From Chiloscyllium plagiosum (Eukaryota), in NCBI RefSeq assembly GCF_004010195.1, contig NC_057717.1, forward strand, positions 104,450,827-104,494,339: DNA of 43,513 bases, written 5' to 3'. Positions 24,401 through 43,513 of this stretch are shown piece after piece; within the stretch, counting starts at the first letter, position 1, and each line of letters opens with the position of its first letter. The notes below the pieces were generated by a model. The model had not been told where the DNA came from, did no database searches, and saw only the letters and a program-made list of their open reading frames with translations. The position numbers were made by a program, and so were the translations under genes.

Positions 24401-26384
24401 TGATTCAGTACAAAATTTTGTTTGATATTTACTTCTGTGAAACATCTTCAACTTCTAATAGTTTAATGGCACTTGATCAATGCAAGCTGTTATTAAGAAA
24501 CTAAAACTGATCAACACAAGACCATCAGACAGAGAAAATGGACAATGTCAGGACAAAGGAGTTCAGCACTGGAGTTTAGAGTATTCTTTATTTACAAGGA
24601 AACCTTTGATACACACCTTTTTCAACTTGTCATGGATGTTGAACTTCCACCAGTACAGGTAATACACATAGTATGGTAACTCATCAATATCCTGCTCTGG
24701 TACATCCCGAGTGTAGGACAGCACATACCGACCACATTTTGTAAAGCCAAGGAATATGTGACTGTGGTAAGGGAATGGGAACAAGGGCATATGGAGACAG
24801 ATTAAAACTACAGAAAGTAAAAATGAACGTTACAATTCCTGATTAATAGGAATGAGCTTTTCAGACATCCAAAATCCAAGAAAACATTCAGATACATATA
24901 AAATCTACTTGTTAAAGTCTAACACCAATTTTTGGGTGCGCTGCCTAATTTTTCTCTGCCTTGCCTGAAAGCATTGGTTAGGAGAAAGTGGGGACCGCAG
25001 ATGCTGGAGATCAGAGTCAAGAGTGTGATGCTGGAAATGCACAGCAGGTCAGGCAGCATCAGAGGAGCAGAAGAATTGATGTTTCGGGCATTCCTGATTC
25101 CCGAAATGTCGATTCTCCTGCTCTTCGGATGCTGGTCGACCTGCTGTGCTTTTCCGGCACCACACTCTCGACTCTGAAAGCACTGGTTGTTTAATCAAGT
25201 GTAACTCCACACAGTTGCCTTTTGGTTACTTTGCTCATGAATCACAGGGAGGAACACATTTTCTCCATTCAACTTCGCTTGACAAATTTCATTGGGTTAT
25301 CATTGCATTGAGTGTGTGTGTGTGTGTGTCAGTGTCAGGAGGGAGTTGTTACACCCTACAGTAATCATTTTGTGCACGCGGAGAAATAATTATTTCTCTC
25401 TGTCAAACATAAGGAAACTGAGATGTATTCCAGCTTAGGTACTTCTGCCCAAATGAGATCATTTTCACTCAGCACAGACCAAGAAATAAAACCTCCTGAT
25501 CTGTGAGGCTTGTTTGATCAGGCCATCCGTTTATATAATGAATGGTAGAATAGGCTTCAGGGGCTGAATAGCATCCTTCTGTTCCCACATACCCATGAGT
25601 TAAATTCTCTGACCCATGAGGAAAACCATTCGGTTGTGCACTTTGAACATTTCTACATCACGAATGACTGAGTCAAATTGCACAGATAGGTGGTCAAAAT
25701 TCAAATCCAACAATCCTGAGAACATGCAATAGGCTCCCAGTAGATTTCAGCCCTACCATAAACACAATGAGAGAAACTACAGACTGCTGAATTGTTGCCT
25801 GTCACTAACCCAGCGAGTACAGTTTTGTGGAGATTTGAGGTCAAATCTGAAATTAGAACGTTACTCATTATCTTTATCGTGGTCTGCAATTTCAATGGAG
25901 CACCCCAGCAAGGGAAAACCATTCTGTTTAGAAACTTTTGTACCAGAGGCAAACAATAAAAATTTTGATATTAATATCTAAATACTGCAGAGTTTAGTTC
26001 AATCTCCACATATATGCCCTGAGATACTAGAGCAAAACAAATGCATTTGTCTGAAAAATCCTTTGGCAGAGGCCTGCCTAAAATGAAGGGTTAACACCTC
26101 CACACAATGGTGCAATGTTACAGGTGAATCCACTGGTATCTCACAGAATAACGGCAAGAGCCTGGAGCCTGGCATTCTCCTCAAGCTAAGTCAATGAATG
26201 ATCTAAAAACTCTTTTTACATTTAAAGCAAAAGGTTGAAAAGGCCAGAACGAAAATATCTACTGACTTAGGAAATAGTTTACATACCCAGCTAGTAAAAA
26301 ATCATCATCCACAATGTTCTTCAGGGGAACGCAAAGAATGGGAGGCAAATTTTGGAACATTCGGTGAGAGAACTGGCCTGTTAT
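11205..26384 (-). CDS. DCAF15: DDB1- and CUL4-associated factor 15, exons 2-13 (5' partial; exon 1 not seen)
   Basis: 12 GT-AG exons join in phase to 2055 nt (684 aa plus TAG). Hallmark peptides [89 protein letters not shown]. Confidence 0.97.
11694..11911. mobile_element. Tigger/pogo-like MITE
   Basis: Imperfect TIRs caggtcattcgacataacac / gtgttatagaagaactacctg; TA on the right flank (CA on the left). Confidence 0.6.
12271..12386 (-). CDS. DCAF15: DCAF15 exon 12
   Basis: 116 nt, [38 protein letters not shown]; tag/gtatgt. Confidence 0.96.
12510..12614 (-). CDS. DCAF15: DCAF15 exon 11
   Basis: 105 nt, [34 protein letters not shown]; cag/gtaagt. Confidence 0.95.
13203..13655 (+). mobile_element. 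CR1-type LINE 3' end
   Basis: [23 protein letters not shown] motif; ends gggcctgttcctgtgctg...tctttg. Confidence 0.85.
15020..15102 (-). CDS. DCAF15: DCAF15 exon 10
   Basis: 83 nt, [27 protein letters not shown](R); aag/gtaagg. Confidence 0.95.
15391..15454. repeat. (GT)25(GC)7 compound microsatellite
   Basis: Read directly from the sequence. Confidence 0.95.
15768..15896 (-). CDS. DCAF15: DCAF15 exon 9
   Basis: 129 nt, [43 protein letters not shown]; cag/gtaagt. Confidence 0.97.
17719..17807 (-). CDS. DCAF15: DCAF15 exon 8
   Basis: 89 nt, [29 protein letters not shown]; cag/gtaatt. Confidence 0.95.
19804..20622 (-). CDS. DCAF15: DCAF15 exon 7 (long linker exon)
   Basis: 819 nt open frame, DEKGQILY...[13 protein letters not shown]...[15 protein letters not shown]...DDDD; cag/gtgagt. 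Confidence 0.95.
21588..21758 (-). CDS. DCAF15: DCAF15 exon 6
   Basis: 171 nt, [48 protein letters not shown]; cag/gtatgc. Confidence 0.97.
21850..21986 (-). CDS. DCAF15: DCAF15 exon 5
   Basis: 137 nt, [37 protein letters not shown]; cag/gtttga. Confidence 0.93.
22925..23031 (-). CDS. DCAF15: DCAF15 exon 4
   Basis: 107 nt, [35 protein letters not shown]; tag/gtgagt. Confidence 0.96.
23160..24125 (+). mobile_element. Decayed LTR-retrotransposon pol fragment, probably Copia (GalEa-like) integrase C-terminal region
   Basis: DQLPAF...[19 protein letters not shown]...FKPGK.VYY...W...IIGKD resembles the post-integrase HLNALH.AR.AF motif I associate with GalEa-type Copia; many disruptions. Confidence 0.5.
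24617..24761 (-). CDS. DCAF15: DCAF15 exon 3
   Basis: 145 nt, [17 protein letters not shown]...[16 protein letters not shown]; cag/gtgtgt. Confidence 0.97.
24981..25173. mobile_element. Non-autonomous Penelope-derived hairpin element (centre deleted)
   Basis: ggagaaagtggggaccgcagatgctgg start; inverted arms; 15-bp TSD ctgaaagca(t/c)tggtt at 24965-24979 and 25174-25188. Confidence 0.85.
26287..26384 (-). CDS. DCAF15: DCAF15 exon 2
   Basis: 98 nt, [32 protein letters not shown](G); cag/gtatgt. Confidence 0.95.
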
Positions 26385-27251
26385 CTGTCAAAGAAAAAAA
26401 AGGTTACATTTGTTTGTTGCCATAAGAACACATGATAATTGGTACTCATTTGGATAAGAATTGGATTCAAATATTTTACCTGCGATTTCACATAGCCCTT
26501 CACCTAACCCAACCCGATAATGACAAACTGCTTGGTAAAAGAAAACATCACCCATTCAGTTAAACTGGGCCTAGGAACTCAATGTCCATTCACTCCTCAT
26601 CATGACTCCCTTATTAGAGGGCAGAATGATCAAGAAGATTCTGTCAGACCAGAGTAAACTGTTGGAACTTCTAAGCTCAGCTTTTAATTAATAAATTAAT
26701 AATCAATGCAAGTATAAGCCTCAAGGGCATCCTGATTATGCCATGAGCAATTCCCTGCTGTAAAGTCATAATATTCAATTCCTGGTTTTGAAACAAGCTC
26801 CTTCTTAGTCTTTGTGCCCATTAAAACCTGGATTAAGAATCAATAGAAACCTCTGATATATTTATTAGAACTGAAAAACATTTGGAGCAAATCATCTCCC
26901 ACATGAATGGCATCTAAATAGTCAACTCCTCACTCAAAAATAGGTCTGGAGAAGTCTGCTAATTTAAAAATTTTCTTCATTAAGCTAAAATTTTCTTATT
27001 GACAGGTTAAAGTTCTGCATTTATTAAAATTTAAACCAGTAGATAATCAAGAAAAAACTGCTAACCAGTAAAACAACTGGATGGGAAAATAAAAAGATAC
27101 TGCAAGCCTGTTTTTTTTAGAATTTATTCACAGGATGAATGTGGGTGTCACTGGCTGGGAAAGTATTCATTGACCAGTCCTAACTGCCTTTCAGAAGTTG
27201 CAAGCTGCCTTCCCTAACTGCTGCAGTCCTTAAAGTGTAGGGACACCCACA

Positions 27252-27546
27252 ATTAGATTACTTATAGTGTGGAAACAGGCCCTTCGGCCCAACAAGTCCA
27301 CACCGACCCACCGAAGCACAACCCACCCAGACCCATTCCCCTACATTTACCCCATCACCTAACACTATGGGCAATTCACCTGACCTGCACATTTTTGGAC
27401 TGTGGGAGGAAACCAGAGCACCTGGAGGAAACCCACGCAGACACGGGGAGAATGTGCAAACTCCACACAGTCAGTCGCCTGAGGTGGGGATTGAACCCAG
27501 GTCTCTGGCGCTGTGAGGCAGCAGTGCTAACCACTGTGCCACCGTG
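27252..27546 (-). mobile_element. HE1-type V-SINE inserted in an older repeat
   Basis: Reverse-complement homologue of 9037-9330. Confidence 0.9.
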
Positions 27547-28929
27547 GGAAGGAGTTCTAGATTTTGACTCAGCGACAATGAAGAAATGACAAAATATTTC
27601 CAAGTCAAGATAGTGAGCATTTTGGAGGAGTACTTGCAGATGGTGCAGCAACATGCACCTGCTGCCCATGTCCTTCTGGGTGATATGGGTGGTGGGTTTG
27701 AAAGATATTATTGAAGGAGCCTTGGTGAATTTCTGCAGTACATCTCTATATTGTATTTCACAACTACTGGGATGTCCCATACTATTTCACAACTGATGCA
27801 GTTATTTTGAAGCATAATCACTGCAAGCGGAAACGAGTACAGGCTCAGCAAGATTCCACAAACACTTTTACATGCATGTCTCACTATGCAGCTGCGGATG
27901 GTGACAGCGGGCTCCAATTTCTTTGCAGCACACGGCTGACCAGGAAACTCTTCAACCTTACCACCTGCCACTGGCATCTGTTAGAAGGATTTACAGATTG
28001 AAAATCAACCAGTTTGGCCACATTATGGACACACCTTCCTTGGTCATCTTTCCTGGAATGGGATTTAAACCTAGGGTGGGGAAGAGGCACACTACCAAGA
28101 CTTCCCAATCAAAAACCACCCAAACTCATTTTGCAAAGAAGGGACTTAAACCCTGGCTCCAGAAGTGAACCACTATTATCTCAGCCATTGCACCACTCAA
28201 TGCTGAATATTTGCAGCAGGTTACAGAGTGATTTCATTTTTGATGTGCAGAGGCAAATCCAGAATCCATTCTACATCATTAACATCCCATTAACAGTGAC
28301 CCAAATATGTAATTAAGTTAATGTCTGGTGGTACTGGCTGAGAGAAAATGATTTGATCTCAGCACCTCATGTTGGTACTGTAGCATCAATATGAACCAAA
28401 GCCTGGTTCAACACACCCTGTGCAAGACGACACCTTTGACAATATGGCACTCCCTTGGTGCTACCACGGAATGTTGTTAGCTAATTTAAGTTGTGTACTC
28501 AATCCCAGAAATACTTTCCAGGCCAGCTTGCAACCAATGGAGCCAAGCTAATGAGGAGGATGTAATAAGGCAATGATCAGAGGATTATTAATTAATTTAC
28601 TTACAGCTTACAAGGTACACAATGCTCGAAATACTGAGGGTATATTCTAGTCATGGAACTTAATGATTAATTTTCTTTGGCACAATTCAAAAACATTCTG
28701 TTTTTAATGACAATCTACAGCACAGAAACAAGCTGTTTGGCCCACATCAGTATTCATGCTTCACACAAACCTCCTCTCAGCTCAACAGCATACTGCTTTC
28801 TCCCTCAGGTGTTTATCAGTTTCTATTTGAATAGATATATGTTAATATCTCAGCTAGCCCATGTAGAGCTGAGTTGAAATGCCTTGTACAAATTGAAAAG
28901 CGCCAAATCATTCTCAGATTCCGGATGCA

Positions 28930-29165
28930 GCCTGGCCAACTATCGCCCTCTCAGTCTACTCTCAATTCACAAAGTGTTGGAAGGGGTCATTAACCATGCT
29001 ATTACGCAGCACTTACTCTGCATTAACCTACTCACTTATGTTCATGCTCCTGGCCTTATTACCTCCTTGGCCCTGAACTTAAGAGGGTGAGGTGAGAGTG
29101 AATGACTTCTGATCAAGGCAGTATTTGAAAGAGTGCGCCTTTAAGCCTTAGGTCAATGGAAATTG
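28930..29165 (+). mobile_element. Old LINE RT fragment
   Basis: ANYRPLSLLS..KVLEGVIN motif of CR1/L2-group RTs. Confidence 0.6.
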
Positions 29166-29269
29166 ATCTGATTTTGATTTGATTTATTGTTGTCAAATGT
29201 ACCTAAGTACAGTGAAGTACAGTGTTTCACAAGCAGTACAGGCAGACCATAACATACAATGAGCAATTA

Positions 29270-29425
29270 GAATCAATCTAAACATCAGGTCATAGACAGA
29301 GAACACAGGGGGCTAACACCTTCAACATAGCTAGTGCTTCCAATTAAACCTGTTGGACTATAACCTGGTGTTGTGTGATTTTTAACTTGGTACACCCCAG
29401 TCCAACACCTGCATCTCTAAATCAT
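29270..29425. mobile_element. Fragment of a second Penelope-like family
   Basis: gctagtgcttccaattaaacctgttggactataacctggtgttgtgtga...cagtccaacac resembles a common shark pLTR-type sequence (recalled). Confidence 0.5.
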
Positions 29426-29920
29426 TAGATTTGAAGTTAGAGATGTCTATTCAGCTGTCAATTAACAACAGGGAATAAGCTGTCTCTCGAACCTGTTGGT
29501 GCATAAGAGTGACCTTACTAAGGTCTACTATCATGCAAGGTATAGATAAGGTGAATGACAAGGGTTTTTTCCCTGGGAGAGGGGGCTGAGCTGTTCAAAA
29601 CTAGGGGGTATATTTTTAAGGTGAGAGGAGAAATATTTCAAAAGGGAAGGACAACTGTTTACAGTTGTTCATGTGTCGAATGCCAGAGAAAGTGATGGAG
29701 GCAAGTACAGTTACAATGTTTAAAAGACATTTGGCTAAGTTAATGAATAGGACAGATGTGGAAGAATATGGGCTAAGCACAGGCAGATGGAACTAGTTTT
29801 GGTAGGGAACAAGGTCAGCACTGATTGGTTGGACAAAAGGGCCTGTTTCCATTCTGCATGCTTCTAATAACTGGATGGCCCCAGAAAGACCTGATCTCAA
29901 AACTGGAATTTTACGTTTTC

Positions 29921-30770
29921 AAATGGAATACAGGGAGAACAATCCATCTGGATACAGAACTGGCTCAAAGGTAGAAGACAGAGAGTGGTGGTGGTGGAGG
30001 GTTATTTTTCAGACTGGAGGCCTGTGACCAGTGCAGTGCCACAAGGATCGGTGTTGGGTCCTCTACTTTTCATCATTTGTATAAATGATTTGGATGGGAG
30101 CATAAGTAGAGTTAGTAAGTTTGCAGATGACACCAAAATTGGACGTGAAGTGGACAGTGAAGAAGTTTACCTCAGGTTACAACGTTTTCTTGATCAGATG
30201 GGCCAATGGGCTGAGGAGTGGCAGATGGAGTTTAATTCAGATAGATGCAAGGTGCTGCATTTTGGGAAAGCAAATCTTAGCAGGACTTATACACTTAATG
30301 GTAAGGGCCTAGGGAGTGTTGCTGAACAAAGTGACCTTGGAGTGCAGGTTCATACCTCCTTGAAAGTGGAGTTGCAGGTAGATAGGATAGTGAAGGTGTT
30401 TGGTATGCTTTCCTTTATTGGTCATTTGGTCAGCGTATTGAGTACAGGAGTTGAGAGGTCATGTTGTGGCTGTACAGGACATTGGTTAGGCCACTGTTGG
30501 AATATTGTGTGCAATTCTGGTCTCCTTTCTATCGGAAAGATGTTGTGAAACTTGAAATGGTTCAGAAAAGATATACAAGGATGTTGCCAGGGTTGGAGGG
30601 TTTGAGCTATAGGGAGAGGCTGAACGGGCTAGGGCTATTTTCCCTGGAGCGTTGGAGGCTGAGGCGTGACCTTATAGAGTTTATAAAATCACGAGGGGCA
30701 TGGATAGGGTAAATAGACAAGGTCTTTTCCCTGGGGTGGGGATGTCCAGAACTAGAGGGCATAGTTTTAG
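29921..30770 (+). mobile_element. Young CR1-type LINE RT/3' region running into the gap
   Basis: WRPVTSAVPQGSVLGPLLF, SKFADDTK, WQMEFN..C.VLHFG, LYRTLVRPLLEYCVQFWSP. Confidence 0.95.
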
Positions 30771-31270
30771 NNNNNNNNNNNNNNNNNNNNNNNNNNNNNN
30801 NNNNNNNNNNNNNNNNNNNNNNNNNNNNNNNNNNNNNNNNNNNNNNNNNNNNNNNNNNNNNNNNNNNNNNNNNNNNNNNNNNNNNNNNNNNNNNNNNNNN
30901 NNNNNNNNNNNNNNNNNNNNNNNNNNNNNNNNNNNNNNNNNNNNNNNNNNNNNNNNNNNNNNNNNNNNNNNNNNNNNNNNNNNNNNNNNNNNNNNNNNNN
31001 NNNNNNNNNNNNNNNNNNNNNNNNNNNNNNNNNNNNNNNNNNNNNNNNNNNNNNNNNNNNNNNNNNNNNNNNNNNNNNNNNNNNNNNNNNNNNNNNNNNN
31101 NNNNNNNNNNNNNNNNNNNNNNNNNNNNNNNNNNNNNNNNNNNNNNNNNNNNNNNNNNNNNNNNNNNNNNNNNNNNNNNNNNNNNNNNNNNNNNNNNNNN
31201 NNNNNNNNNNNNNNNNNNNNNNNNNNNNNNNNNNNNNNNNNNNNNNNNNNNNNNNNNNNNNNNNNNNNNN
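30771..31270. other. Assembly gap (500 N)
   Basis: Run of N flanked by a young LINE and a minisatellite. Confidence 1.
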
Positions 31271-32157
31271 GACCCTCCCGCAGTGAGGGCGTCGTGCTCT
31301 CTGACCCTTCCCACAGTGAGGGGTCGTGCTCCCTGACCCTCCCGCGATGAGGGCGTCGTGCTCCCTGACCCTTCCCACAGTGAGGGGGTCGTGCACCCTG
31401 ACCCTCCCGCAGTGAGGGGGTCGTGCTCCCTGACCCTCCCGCAGTGAGGGGGTCGTGCTCGCGCTCCCTGACCCTCCCACAGTGAGGGGTTCGCGCTCCC
31501 TGACCCTCCCACAGTGAGGGGTTCGTGCTCCCTGACCCTCCCACAGTGAGGGGTTCGCGTTCCCTGACCCTCCCACAGTGAGGGGTTCGCGCTCCCTGAC
31601 CCTCCCACAGTGAGGGGGTCGCGCTCCCTGACCCTCCCACAGTGAGGGAGTCGTGCTCCCTGACCCTCCCGCGATGAGGGCGTCGTGCTCCCTGACCCTC
31701 CCACAGTGAGGGGTTCGCGCTCCCTGACCCTCCCACAGTGAGGGGGTCGCGCTCCCTGACCTTCTCACAGTGAGGGGGTCGCGCTCCCTGACCCTCCCAC
31801 AGTGAGGGAGTCGCGCTCCCTGACCCTCCCGCGATGAGGGCGTCGTGCTCTCTGACCCTCTCACAGTGAGGGGTTCGCGCTCCCTGACCCTCCCACAGTG
31901 AGGGGTTCACGCTCCCTGACCCTCCCACAGTGAGGGGTTCGCGCTCCCTGACCCTCCCACAGTGAGGGCGTCGCGCTCCCTGACCCTCCCGCAGTGAGGG
32001 CGTCGCGCTCCCTGACCCTCCCCGCAGTGAGGGCGTCGCGCTCCCTGACCCTTCCCGCAGTGGGAAGGGGTCGCGCTCCCTGACCCTCCCTCAGTGAGGG
32101 CGTCGTGCTCTCTGACACTTCCCGCAGTGGGAAGGGGTCGCGCTCTCTGACCCTCCT
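31271..32157. repeat. GC-rich 32-bp minisatellite (about 27 visible copies)
   Basis: Unit tgaccctcccacagtgaggggttcgcgctccc with variants; no spacers. Confidence 0.95.
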
Positions 32158-32186
32158 GTGGTGAGAGTTTTCTGTATTGTCTGCAG

Positions 32187-41813
<9,627 letters not shown>

Positions 41814-42329
41814 GTAAGCACTAAGAACAGGGCCTTTCTGAATGGTGTTGTCACCCGCGTGCAGTGGGGTGGGGGCAGTTATTTGGGAAGGGGTATTTGT
41901 CCCTCAGCTTTACCCAGAAAAGCCCACAGGGTATTTCCCCTCAGACCTGAGAGGAGGCCATTCAGCACACTGTGCCCATGCTAGCTGTTTGAGAGAGCTC
42001 TCTGATTGATTCCCACAATTCCTGTTTGTCATATTCCTTTTGGGAAGTCACTGCTCAATCTGAACATTTCCGATTAACATCCCTACCTTCTCAAAAATAT
42101 TCCCCGGGTTCTGGTAAAGATATTACAGTGAATGTTGTATCTTCATTCGACACCTGTGCGTGTGCACCAGGAAGCTCAGGGCTAAGGACTCCACCCCTAC
42201 CCAACCTGCCTGGCAAACCCATGACCAGGTAGGAAGCAGCCAGACCCTTTCTCCAGGGCTGTGTCTCAAACCACCGCCACGCATCACATCAGAAAACTGG
42301 GAATATTCTCCAGCTCCAGTCTGCTGGAC

Positions 42330-42907
42330 AGGCTGTCCGAGTGAGAGAGAGAGAGACACAGAGTGTCTGCCTGTCCATGTGACAGAGAAAGAAAGAGAGA
42401 GAGTCTGCCTGTCTGTGTGACAGAAAGAGAGAGAGAGTCTGCCTGTCTGTGTGACAGAAAGAGAGAGAGAGTCTGCCTGTTCGTGTGACAGAAAGAGAGA
42501 GAGAGAGTCTGCCTGTCTGTGTGATAGAGAGAGAGAGAGAGAGAGTCTGCCTGTCCGTCCGTGTGACAGAGAGAAAATGTTTGCCTGTCCGTGTGACAGA
42601 GTGCATGCCTGTCCGTGTGACAGAGAGAAAGAGAGAGAGTCTGCCTGTCCGTGTGAGAGAGAGAGAGAAAGAGAGTTTGCCTGTCCATGTGACAGAGAGA
42701 GAGAAAATGTCTGCCTGCCTGTGTGACACATAGAGAATGTCTGCCTGTCCGCGTGACAGAGAGTCTGCCTGTCCGTGTGACAGAGAGAGAGAGAAAATGT
42801 CTGCCTGTCTGTGTGACAGAGAGTGTCTGCCTGTCCATGTGACAGCGAGAGAAAGAGAGAGAGAGTGTCTGCCTGTCCGTGTGACAGAGAGAGAGTGGCT
42901 GCCTGTA
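42330..42907. repeat. Compound minisatellite (gtctgcctgtccgtgtgaca + (GA)n)
   Basis: Core repeated many times with variable-length GA tracts. Confidence 0.93.
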
Positions 42908-43287
42908 CTACCTAAATGGAGTCAAGTTAGGTAAAGGGGCAGTACAACGAGATCGAGGTGTTCTTGTATATTAGTCAATGAAAGCAAGCACGCAGGTAGT
43001 GAAGAAAGCTAATAGCATGCTGGCCTTCATAACAAGAGGAATTGAGTATAGAAGCAAAGAGGTTCTTCTGCAGCTGTACCGAGCCCTGGTGAGACCGCAC
43101 CTGGAATATTGTGCGCAGTTTTGGCCTCCAAATTTGAGGAAAGACATTCTGGCTATTGAGGGAGTGCAGCGTAGGTTCACGAGGTCAATTCCCAGAATGG
43201 CGGGACTATCTTACGCTGAAAGATTGGAGCGACTGGGCTTGTATATGCTTGAGTTTAGAAGGCTGAGAGGGGATCTGATTGAGACGT
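42908..43287 (+). mobile_element. CR1-type LINE RT C-terminal fragment
   Basis: KKANSMLAFITRGIEYRS...LYRALVRPHLEYCAQFW...RRLRGDLIETY. Confidence 0.92.
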
Positions 43288-43513
43288 ATAGAGTCATAGA
43301 GATGTACAGCATGGAAACAGACCCTTCAGTCTAACTCATCCATACCGACCAGATATCCCAACCCAATCTAGTCCCACCTACCAGCACCTGGCCCATATCC
43401 CTCCAAACCCTTCCTATTCATATAGCCATCCAAATGCCTCTTAAATGTTGCAATTGTACCAGCCTCCACCACTTCCTCTGGCAGCTCATTCCATACACGT
43501 ACCACCCTCTGCG
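43288..43513 (-). mobile_element. Young CR1/HER1 LINE 3' end, antisense, nested in the previous LINE
   Basis: Reverse complement of the 3300-3520 type end, with tail ctctatgactcta. Confidence 0.9.

Noticed and set aside
30607..32118. Long ORFs of 216-415 aa
   Set aside because: Translations of N runs and of a stop-free minisatellite.
31271..32157. CRISPR-like array of 32-bp hairpin repeats
   Set aside because: Units are contiguous with no unique spacers, there are no cas genes and the context is a vertebrate intron; it is a minisatellite.
42123..42838. Repetitive ORFs of 146-202 aa
   Set aside because: Translations of the compound GA minisatellite.

Overview
This is eukaryotic DNA from a cartilaginous fish. 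The HE1-type V-SINEs with (AATCT)n tails, HER1/CR1 LINEs, Deu-domain SINEs and Neptune-type Penelope elements point to a shark (inferred). Two multi-exon genes lie head-to-head across a 500-N scaffold gap (30771-31270). DCAF15 is on the minus strand (exons 2-13 traced in phase, 26384->11205, 684 codons plus stop; exon 1 not visible). Lysosomal alpha-mannosidase MAN2B1 is on the plus strand (exons 5-14 traced in phase, 32187->41813, 408 codons; the other exons are in the gap or beyond the window). A probable third minus-strand coding exon (393->1, absent from the ORF track) carries a perfect in-frame 150-bp duplication. The rest is introns and nested transposons. The most notable non-genic signals are (i) Penelope-derived hairpin elements with 15-bp target-site duplications that carry minimal hammerhead-ribozyme cores, (ii) two near-identical solo LTRs inserted independently in inverted orientation 787 bp apart, (iii) a probable Copia/GalEa-like relic, and (iv) several GC-rich minisatellites. 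No CRISPR, rRNA or true tRNA genes were seen. Family names and human comparisons come from recalled knowledge, not from database searches.
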